From positions 157,170,001 through 157,234,000 of the forward strand of contig CM097885.1 of the NCBI GenBank assembly GCA_044892525.1: a stretch of DNA of 64,000 nt. The letters run 5' to 3'. Below the pieces are notes generated by a model, which did no database searches, had not been told where the DNA came from, and saw nothing but the letters and a program-made list of their open reading frames with translations. Below are positions 52,995-63,000 of this stretch, one piece after another; positions within the stretch are counted from its first letter, which is position 1; each line of letters starts with the position of its first letter. Origin of the DNA: Schmidtea polychroa (taxonomy: Eukaryota). Made by a program: the position numbers and the translations under genes.

Positions 52995-54771
52995 TTTGAT
53001 CATGTTTTAATTTTAATAAATTGCCAAGACAGAAATTGCAAATAATCGAGAATCCAGTGTGAGATTGAGCTGTTAACAGTATTACTCCGGATCGATCAGC
53101 CGGTGTCCTAATTTATTGTTTCATCTACCATTTTCTTTTTTTTGATATCGACTGAACCAGCGCCAACCGCCAAGATGCCAATAATAATAATAATAATAAT
53201 AAGGTGTGTACTGTGTGTATATTTCTATTTAAGATAAATACACTGTTATCGAGATCACCCTTCCTCATTCACCTTTTGAAAAAGACAGTTGCGATAAATT
53301 ATTCGGTTCACAATATGGAGAGACTCTTGCCTTACTGTTGTGAATAGTAACATGATGATGTTGATGCTGATAGTGATTTGTATGATTTGCGATCCGGTTG
53401 TGCGCTCATCTTCTTGTGTACAGTAATAATATTGTGTTCGGTCGGTCGATCTGTATGTAAAACTTTTGACTTATCGCGTGTGTGTGTGTGTGTGTGAGAG
53501 CACGTATGATGATTGAAAGAATGTGAATAATTCAAATGCAATTATAATTTTGATGACACCCGACTACTGACTAAGTAATCTCTTATTTTCCATTTTAGAT
53601 ACATTTGCAAGGCGTTTTTATGACATTTTTGTAACGAGCAATTTTTGAAGATTATTCTCTCTCTTGACCAGTTTTACAGAAATGAATTTAATGTTTTTGT
53701 GTAATTTTCTAAGAATGTTGAGAAAAACGATAATAATAATTTTCGCCCATCCTGGTGGTGATTACTGCTATTGTTATTGTAGAAATAACATTTGTTATTA
53801 CTTTTTGTTGGTGTATTTTTGATATGTCAGTTGAAATCTGAAGCCCATGTGGCCGATGAATCTTTGTGACTGATAAGAATTATCGGCTTTGTTTTGGTTG
53901 GAGTTTTCAAATACCTCCGACATAAATTTTGTAAGTAGTTTCCATTTTTGAGATAATTTTCTCTATTGATATTCAAATACAACCAATTCACAATATTTAT
54001 TTTTTATTTTGGAATTAAATCATAGTTTTATTCAGATTATTTCAACAGCTTTGAATATGATTTAAATGATGTTGTAGAAGTTTTAAATAGAATTTTAATG
54101 GTGGAATATTACGGAACATGGATTTTTTATCAGATGGTTGCTGGGTTATGTAATGAAACAGGAATATGAATTTCCACATTTTGCATGGGATAGTCATGCT
54201 TAAAATTTCAGAAGGCCATTATGGCAATATTTGTAGGCTAATATTTTTCTATGGATTCAACAATTTTTTTTTAAAGTCATTTTATTTTCTATTCTCTAAA
54301 TCAGTATAAAGTTATAAATTAATCTTCGAAACCGAATGTATTGTTATCCACGGCATAAGTTGTAGGTTGTAAATTTTTTTGCTCATACTATTAGCGTTTG
54401 ACGGAAAGAAAGGCAAAACCGAAAAGATTTACATTCACGGGGACATCCCTTCAAACGCGTTCATAATTATTTAAATTCCTATCTGTGCTCATGGTAATGA
54501 CCATGTTGTTGATGTGCGCAATGGTCAAGAGCCAGTCAGCAGGTGAGCTTCATTACTAGCATTACTCATTTTACTCTCTATTCGGGTTCTGGACTGCCGA
54601 TAGAAAGGCTTCTGTCAAAAAAAGAACTATCGGATGTTGATTTTGTAATGATAAATTATAGTTATTATTCAGAAACGGATATACAATAATTGATATTTAA
54701 GATATGATAGGAACAATATTTTAATTTGAATACTGAATGTATATTTTCGAAAAGAAGCATATTTCACAAAA

Positions 54772-54960
54772 ATCACAAAGAATTTGCTTCGGCATCGATC
54801 AGAAGCTCACCTAGGTCAAACAGAGTGTCATTCACACTTCATCTGAACGAGGACGAACCAAGTCCCTCCAATCTGTTGACTTTGGGCTGGCTTCTGCAGA
54901 GTCCGGATAAATTCATCTTTATCCGAACACGAAAAGCAGGCTTTCAGTTAGGTATTTTTT
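54772..54960 (-). pseudogene. Decayed copy of unknown CFSC-coiled-coil ORF family (copy 2)
   Basis: Minus frame NT*LKACFSCSDKDEFIRTLQK...IGGTWFVLVQMK...DRCRS matches LRPCFSCADK...EGTWFSPPQMK...EHCRD of ORF 61743-62501. Not in the supplied ORF list. Confidence 0.75.
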
Positions 54961-55329
54961 GTAAAGGAAAGAATAAAAGTACAACACAGCATGAATTAGC
55001 GGTTTGCAGCAATTATAGTTGGGTATTTTGTGCAAGTCGACATCAATGTCTGACTCCTTTGTGTTCTTTCCGAAATTAAGTAAACAACCCAACACAAAAA
55101 TCTTTAGTCGAAGCTAATACAGTAACACTTTAGTTACACTTTTTATTAAAACGTACACACATATTTGTTTTTTAATAATTTTAAAATGTAACGTAAAATA
55201 AACAATTTATTTTACAAATACATTTTGCCTTTTGTCAATTTCATTTTTTATATTGTCAGTTCTCTTTTCCATTCGTCAATTTCATTGTAAAAATGCTATA
55301 TTTACAAATATTTATAAATTATTTTTAGA

Positions 55330-55830
55330 GCTGCAAATTATCTTGCAATGAGCCGCGGGTTGGCCGGTGATGGTTTAGCAGAACGGGTAATACGAACGGT
55401 TCGCTATATGATCGTGACATTTTTAAGTGATGGTCGAACTGGAGAGTGTTGGGACGACATTATGCCGAAAATTGAATATTCTCTAAACTCAACAACACAG
55501 AATACTACGGGATTTTCGCCAATGGAAAGAGAGGTTAATATACATGGAAAGAATTCATTCATAGATTTTAATCGAAAACAAGTATTATTGACAGCACAGA
55601 ACAATATTATGGTAGTGGCAGATAAAATGAGATCAAGAAATGCAGATAAGAACAGTCTTCGCCATTTTGAGGTGGACCAAAGAGTTCTAGTAAAAATGGA
55701 TCCACATAAGAGATCAAAACATTGTAATTTGAGCTAGGATATCCAGATGGGAAAAGATGCGAAAAATTGAATGGCTGAAAGAGTATCACAGTTCTTGAAG
55801 AAGGGGAGAGTGACGATATTTAGACTGTTA
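55330..55830 (+). mobile_element. Gypsy 3' remnant: integrase C-half, PPT and start of 3' LTR
   Basis: GLAERVIRTV...WDDIMPKIEYSLNSTTQNTTGFSP...FEVDQRVLVK; PPT GAAGAAGGGGAGAG (55797-55810) followed by TG at 55811. Confidence 0.8.
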
Positions 55831-56295
55831 TTTTTTTTTAATATTCGGATGTTATATTAAATATATTATTATTATATAATATTTGAAAATAGCTTTAATG
55901 ATTATTAATGGTAATGTTACTATACTAATTTTATTATTTTTCTATTTATAGTAATTATTTATTTCTATATTCTATTTATAGTAATTTACATTATTCTAAT
56001 AATAATTTTCTACTAACATAAGGCTTTAATTTGTACAATTTAGACTATTCCAAGCCCAACATATTAAAAAATGTTTAATATATACAATCTTGTTTTTATT
56101 ATTTCTATCCTATACAAGAATGCCTTAGCTGTACTTTCAGAGCTCGTATTTTCAACCAGTCCTGTGTCGCTAGTAGATGGTTTGGGCACCGCGAAAACAG
56201 GACTCCGCCAGAACAGTACCCCCACCCCCGGTCAATTTGAGAACAAAGACAATGAGTCATCCGATGACTCATACAACAAAGACAATGACTCATAA

Positions 56296-56965
56296 AAAAT
56301 TATTATTATTTTTCAAAAATATTATTAACTGTGCTGGCGGAGTCCTACTTTTCGTGACCCCAAAACATAGTCTGAAACTTAGAATTTTTTAAATATTTAT
56401 AGTTCATTTTGAAGCCCAGACGGAGATCTATCTTTTAAACTATAAAAATAATTTTTATCATTAATAATAAAAAGGTTATTAAGGTTTTGGTCAGAGTCAT
56501 TTTAATCATTTTAGGGTAAATTATTATTATTTTTCAAAAATATTGTTAACTGTGCTGGCGGAGTCCTACTTTTCGTGACCCCAAAACATAGTCTGAATCT
56601 TAAAATTTTTAAAAATCAATGTCACGTTTTGAAGCCCAGACGGAGACCGATCTTATAAGATATAAATAATTATTTTATCATAATTATTATAAAAGTTATT
56701 AATTTTTTAGTCCGACACTGATTGATGAAAAAATTATTATTATTTTTCAAAAATATTATTAACTGTGCTGGCGGAGTCCTACTTTTCGTGACCCCAAAAC
56801 TTAGTCTAAATCTCAAATTATTTTAACAATTTATAGTTCATTTTGAAGCCCAGAAGTAGACAAATATTTTGAGCCATAAAAATAATTTTTATCATAAGTA
56901 GTATAAAAGTTACTAATTTTTTAGTCAGACACTAATTTATAGCAAATTATCATTAATTTTCAAAA
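56296..56965. repeat. Tandem repeat, about 213-221 bp unit, three copies plus a partial
   Basis: Core AACTGTGCTGGCGGAGTCCTACTTTTCGTGACCCCAAAAC at 56327, 56548 and 56761; TTTTGAAGCCCAGA also repeated. Confidence 0.93.
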
Positions 56966-57496
56966 TCACACAATCAGGTAAGACTTTATTAATTTTCAAA
57001 ATTTTATGAAGAAATTTGCGGGTGATTCATCACTCACNNNNNNNNNNNNNNNNNNNNNNNNNNNNNNNNNNNNNNNNNNNNNNNNNNNNNNNNNNNNNNN
57101 NNNNNNNNNNNNNNNNNNNNNNNNNNNNNNNNNNNNNNNNNNNNNNNNNNNNNNNNNNNNNNNNNNNNNNNNNNNNNNNNNNNNNNNNNNNNNNNNNNNN
57201 NNNNNNNNNNNNNNNNNNNNNNNNNNNNNNNNNNNNNNNNNNNNNNNNNNNNNNNNNNNNNNNNNNNNNNNNNNNNNNNNNNNNNNNNNNNNNNNNNNNN
57301 NNNNNNNNNNNNNNNNNNNNNNNNNNNNNNNNNNNNNNNNNNNNNNNNNNNNNNNNNNNNNNNNNNNNNNNNNNNNNNNNNNNNNNNNNNNNNNNNNNNN
57401 NNNNNNNNNNNNNNNNNNNNNNNNNNNNNNNNNNNNNNNNNNNNNNNNNNNNNNNNNNNNNNNNNNNNNNNNNNNNNNNNNNNNNNTACAGTAAAA

Positions 57497-57830
57497 ATTT
57501 TGTTTAAATCGTTAATTATATTTTTTGTTTTAATTATCAATTACATAATAATATCATTTTGTTTAAATCGTTAATTATATTTTTTGTTTTAATTATCAAT
57601 TACACAATAATTTCATTTTGTTTAAATCGTTGATTATATTATTTTTTTGTTTTAATTATCGATTATGTAATAATTTAATTTTGTTTAAATCGTTGATTAT
57701 ATGACTTTTTTGTTTTAATTATCAATTACACAATAATTTCATTTTGTTTAAATCGTTGATTATATTATTTTTTTGTTTTAATTATCGATTACGTTTGTTT
57801 AAATTATCGATTATGTAATTATTTAATTTA
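57497..57830. repeat. AT-rich minisatellite, about 58-62 bp unit
   Basis: TTTTGTTTAAATCGTT(A/G)ATTAT...TTTTGTTTTAATTATC repeated about five times between N gaps. Confidence 0.88.
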
Positions 57831-58572
57831 TCATTATTATTGGGAAAGAACGCCCGCACGGAAGATTAAAATTATTATTATTANNNNNNNNNNNNNNNNN
57901 NNNNNNNNNNNNNNNNNNNNNNNNNNNNNNNNNNNNNNNNNNNNNNNNNNNNNNNNNNNNNNNNNNNNNNNNNNNNNNNNNNNNNNNNNNNNNNNNNNNN
58001 NNNNNNNNNNNNNNNNGAAAATTCTTCTTATTATTATTATAATTATAATTTGCAAATATTCATAAAACCTAATTTCTACGTCCATTTCATGCTTTTCATC
58101 ATTTTCATCATTTGTGTGAATATTTTAATAATTTTCAATATTTACATAATTTCCAACATTTTCATGATTTTCATAATTATTAATATTTTCATGGATTTTT
58201 AACATTTTCATAATTTTCTACATTTTCAATATTTTCATTATTATTTCAGGAACATTTTAATTAGTTACATGAACATTTTCATCAAATATTTTTCAAAGTA
58301 ATATTTCCGTTAGCTTATTTTCAAANNNNNNNNNNNNNNNNNNNNNNNNNNNNNNNNNNNNNNNNNNNNNNNNNNNNNNNNNNNNNNNNNNNNNNNNNNN
58401 NNNNNNNNNNNNNNNNNNNNNNNNNNNNNNNNNNNNNNNNNNNNNNNNNNNNNNNNNNNNNNNNNNNNNNNNNNNNNNNNNNNNNNNNNNNNNNNNNNNN
58501 NNNNNNNNNNNNNNNNNNNNNNNNNNNNNNNNNNNNNNNNNNNNNNNNNNNNNNNNNNNNNNNNNNNNNNNN

Positions 58573-60565
58573 GACATAATATTTTGTCCCCCTATGGGTA
58601 CTGTTCACACTCAACAGGTTGCAAGGGTACTAGTCATGTATATTTGTATTGTTATACAATATGATGTTACTTAAACATTTGAAGGTTCAACCATGGTTAC
58701 AATTTCTACATTTTGAAAACTCTAATTTGATTGGCTATCTCAATTTTTATAAATGTAAAAACAAAAGTAATTTAGTTATTAAGAAATTTATTTATTACTG
58801 ATGATTTCTACAAGTAAAACTGTTGAATATGAATGTGTAAATCACAAAACACATTTGGTAACTTTATTATTTTGTCAATATTTTTTATATTGTCATTTAT
58901 AGCAAGGAAGTCCTACTAGAAATAAGGAAAAATTAAGTCCAACCTATTCCGAAGATAAGCGTTCATTGAAATTTTTTAACAACACAGTTGAAGATTTTAT
59001 AAATAATCATGATACTTACAGTGATAAGCAAATCATAAATATTTTAAAAATTTTCAAACATTCCTCTATTGAATATTTGATTGATTTATTTAATTATGAT
59101 AAATGCATTTTAAAGTTATCTAGTTATTTAATGTATTTAGAAAAAACAGTGGTAAACAACGATTCACTGAATGAATACTTTTGGAGTTGTATGTATTTAA
59201 GGTTGAAACCGGGATATAGTAGATTGATTTATGAATGGATAGCAAAAGCCGATTTGATTGAAAATAAGCTAACGGAAAAACTGAACGATGTTAAGAAAAG
59301 GTATTTGACTTGTTCAATTTGTAAAGAAAATCGAGTTTCGGTTTTGTATTTACCGTGTGGTCACGTAATTGTTTGTTCTAAGTGTCACGAAAAGAATGTT
59401 CACAATTGTCAAGCCTGTTCAACACTGATTAATGAATATCATACTATATACATGTAAGTTCTCAATACAAATCAATACAATATCAAAGTCAAATGAATTA
59501 TTACCATACATAATGACGGTACTATAATGTAGAAAATTTTCAAACATTGAATAATATGAAATCATCTTGGTAATTAAATATATTGGGCGCAACTACCAAA
59601 TGGTGATGATATGATGAAGGGATACCCATGAGTTCATCAAAATGGGAAAAAGATCTTCGCAAGAACCATGAAGATGCTGGATGTATTGGTTATTATTTTT
59701 TCGGAAATAAATGTTTTAATTTGTTTTTATAAATTTATTGTTTTATTGTAATACTTTTTGATTAAAACATATTCATTTTGTTTTAATATTTGTATTAATT
59801 TTTTTATATAGTGTTATTTATATATATGGAAATTTACAATTATATATACAATTATATTTACAATTATTATAAATCATAATGATGCTTTTCTTCTGTTCAT
59901 TGATTCTCCTCTGATATTACTGCCATAATCATCTTCGACAAAATGTAAAGATAATATTTCTAGTGTCTTTGTTAATCATGCCCATTTATTGCAAAGTCTT
60001 TGTTAATTATGCACTTGTATTGCAAATTTATTAGTCATACAATTATATTATTTTTTTTTCATGCCCTGACATAATATTATTATTTTTAATTTTATTATTA
60101 TGATTATTTTATTTAACAATACCATATAGCAAATTTTTAGGCAATTTAGTGAAAAGTACATGGTTATTTTAAATATAGGAATTTCTTAAGTAAAATATTG
60201 CCAGGTAAATTTACCAATTTAGTTAGAAATCCATGGTTTTTGACTGTACCATTTAATTAAAATATTCTTGGATTCATAACAATTTTTTTTATATAGTTGA
60301 TAGTAATACCAATTATCTCAATTATTTAACTAGAAACATAACAGAATTCTTAGGTAATATAGTATTTTTGTGTATTTTTTAGTTAATTTATAAATATTAT
60401 CTGACATTTTGATGTATTAATGCAATATACAACAAATTAATCAATATAAACCATAGCATATTGTAAGTTTTTATATATAGTCTGAATTTATCCGACAAAA
60501 TATTCTGTCCCCCTATGTGTATTTGTCGTAAGGGTACTGCTTACATTCAACATGTCGCAAGGGTA
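58573..60565. repeat. Pair of about 57-bp direct repeats (58573-58629 and 60494-60565) bracketing the RING ORF
   Basis: GACA(T/A)AATATT(T/C)TGTCCCCCTATG...GGTACTG..ACA.TCAACA.GT.GCAAGGGTA; the second copy has a short insertion. Confidence 0.8.
58966..59457 (+). CDS. Intronless protein with C-terminal IAP/Mdm2-type RING-HC finger (probable E3 ligase)
   Basis: CSICKENRVSVLYLPCGHVIVCSKCHEKNVHNCQACSTLINEYHTIYM*: C3HC4 with the LPCGH signature at the extreme C-terminus. The ORF starts at TTG, so the true start is uncertain. Confidence 0.8.
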   Translation: MKFFNNTVEDFINNHDTYSDKQIINILKIFKHSSIEYLIDLFNYDKCILKLSSYLMYLEKTVVNNDSLNEYFWSCMYLRLKPGYSRLIYEWIAKADLIENKLTEKLNDVKKRYLTCSICKENRVSVLYLPCGHVIVCSKCHEKNVHNCQACSTLINEYHTIYM

Positions 60566-61742
60566 TATTAATTAAAGCACATGTATATTAGTTAAAAATT
60601 CTTAGGTAATTTAGTGAGAAATGGATGATCATAGATATCAGAAATTCGTGAATATTTTGAATGTAACTTACCGAATTCTCATTTCGAGCGACTAATTTAT
60701 TGGTTAACTTTGTCATGTTTAGTCATTTAAAATAATATTTAGCAAAAGGTAAGATATGAATATTTAGTATTTCATAGGTAATTTATTCATCTAATGTTCA
60801 TTACAATAGCTAATATAACTTCGTGAGAAATGCATATTCATTAATAACAACATATATTTATTGATAATTTTGGTAGAAAGTCTTTATGATTTGGAGTAAA
60901 TTTCTGTCTTTGTTCGAGTCAAAAAAGGAGTCATAATAGAAACATGATCATTTGGTTATCATCTAACCAATTAAGGTGCTTATTAGTTAGAAATATAGGG
61001 TTACAATTCTTTTCTAATTTAATGAGATGATCATTGGGTGTAATATATCTTTGTGAGAAATATATGGTTATCATTTTTAAATAGGGATTTTTGAGTAACC
61101 AAAACAGGGATATTTTGTGTGAATAATTTAAGAATATTGGTTAATTTTCTCTTTTTTAGTCATTTAAAATAATATTTAACAAAAGTAATTTAGCAAAATA
61201 TTGTTGGTGTATGAAAGGGAGAAGAAATTTTCTTAGACAGACATACGATCTCATGCATTAGCCTCAAACTCATCCCAACATACATCACATGACTTCGTTA
61301 ATATTCCCTCATGCGAGCCCGTGGCGATGGTTCCACGTTGGTTCTGCCCACACGGGTTGGAGTGGGTTAATAGGTGAGCCCCTACCTTAGGACTACTACT
61401 AACCCCCTCGCGGTACAGGTTCCAAGGTGCCTTAGAAGGACTTACCCTCAATCTCATACATCCTCGGGTCGACCCTGGTCCAAATGGACGACCTTCATAC
61501 ATTGCCAAACATTTAGTTCATCAATTGAATCGGGTATTTCACTCATCGTTCACGTAAAATAACTCATTAAACATCGAATAAATATATTAAGTTTACAACA
61601 CACGTTATTTACAAAATAATAAAGGTTTCACTAAAATCCAATACACAATCACTAAAGATAAAATGAGAAGTTGTCATGTTCTAGAGAAGTGGTTGCGACT
61701 ACCTCCGACAAGGTAGATCAACCCTGTCGTCACCTCGCGTCA

Positions 61743-62501
61743 TTAAAAGACTTCTCCGTCGGCAAATACTTCATCAATGTCTACCGGCAGGCGACGGTCC
61801 GCGAGATACTTGATGCCCTCGGCCGGTACGATTCGGAATATTTCTTTGGCCGGTATCACGTGGGAACTTGAAATCTCTTTGAGGGTGGATTGAGCCACTG
61901 ATAATGAAGCTTCCAGCGCTGCCATCGCATCCCTGCGCTTCTGATTTTTGGCGGCCCTGGTTGGTCGTTTCCTTTTGCGAGAAGGTATCGGATTATTTGT
62001 GATGGACGCGGCAGAGGGTGCCACCAGGGCTGGAACGAAGATAGGGCCGGAAGAGTCACCTACTAAGGGTTGTTGATCGGATAATACCGGAGCTGGGATG
62101 GGCGGCAGATAGGAGCCATGCCCTTGACAGTTTGATGCAGACGCTTGAGACGTCTGATGGTGTAGTGGAAAGACATTAGTACTATCAAAAACGGGAAATT
62201 CCCGAACTCGTTTGGCCAATTCTGCCTCCGTGTAGACCTTGTGGAGGGCTTCGGATTGCGCTTTAATTGTCAGCCGTTGACAACCGCTTTCCTCCAGCAG
62301 GCTGTCCCTGCAATGTTCCAACCGGAGGATCTTCTTTTGCTCCTCCTTCATCTGTGGCGGGGAGAACCACGTGCCCTCGTAGAGGTCAATACGCTTCTTC
62401 AGAGCCCCGATATATTGATGTAATTGGGCGATATCCGCGTTCTTGTCAGCGCAAGAAAAACACGGGCGAAGCTCCTTGTTAGTGTTGGACGATGTAGACA
62501 T
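61743..62501 (-). CDS. Unknown 252-aa protein: CxxC, coiled coil, Pro-rich linker, basic NLS-like segment (intact copy 3)
   Basis: ATG-initiated, uninterrupted, GC-richer than flanks. Two decayed paralogues in the window share CFSCxDK, GTWF/QMK and EHC blocks. Polypyrimidine-AG directly before the ATG; TATAAAA at 62580-62586. Confidence 0.75.
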   Translation of the reverse strand: MSTSSNTNKELRPCFSCADKNADIAQLHQYIGALKKRIDLYEGTWFSPPQMKEEQKKILRLEHCRDSLLEESGCQRLTIKAQSEALHKVYTEAELAKRVREFPVFDSTNVFPLHHQTSQASASNCQGHGSYLPPIPAPVLSDQQPLVGDSSGPIFVPALVAPSAASITNNPIPSRKRKRPTRAAKNQKRRDAMAALEASLSVAQSTLKEISSSHVIPAKEIFRIVPAEGIKYLADRRLPVDIDEVFADGEVF

Positions 62502-63000
62502 CTAAAGATTGAATAATTTTCATGTTCCTCCGTAATATTCGTTTATGTGACATTTACAATGGGAATATGGGCTTTGAACTTTTATAAATCATCCTACTCG
62601 GTGATGCCCCGAAATTGTTACTATTCATCTGTACTCACATTCATTTAATCATCAACATTCAGTTTAATTCACCCAACCCATGCAACATTGAAGAAAAGAA
62701 AACGGGGAATTCTCAAAAATTTTACTTTCGGATTGGAAAATTCCGATCTACTACATGTTTATACATTTGGTACGGTCAATCATATCCCCTTATTATTTGT
62801 CGTAATTCTGATAATTAAAATCTCGTTACTAAGTTTTGTGAATTTGTGCGTATATAATAATTATACAATTATAATTTCACATCGCCGGCGTCTACCCGTG
62901 TCATATTAATTCCGATTAACGTTATCAAAAGACTGAAAATATTTTAACTAAAATCATGTTCTATATTATATTTAATTATTTTAAATATTTCACTGTAGGT

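Noticed and set aside
55348-55737. Integrase next to CFSC copy 2 as evidence for a Polinton or Ginger link
   Set aside because: It is followed by a GPY/F-like segment, a polypurine tract and a TG LTR start, so it is an independent Gypsy 3' remnant.
56296-56965. Repeat-spacer appearance resembling a CRISPR array
   Set aside because: The period is about 220 bp, the spacers are homologous to each other, the context is eukaryotic and there are no cas genes. It is a tandem repeat.
1899-58614. Many ORF-track entries containing long X runs
   Set aside because: They are open only because they span N gaps. Only parts matching Eph exons were used.
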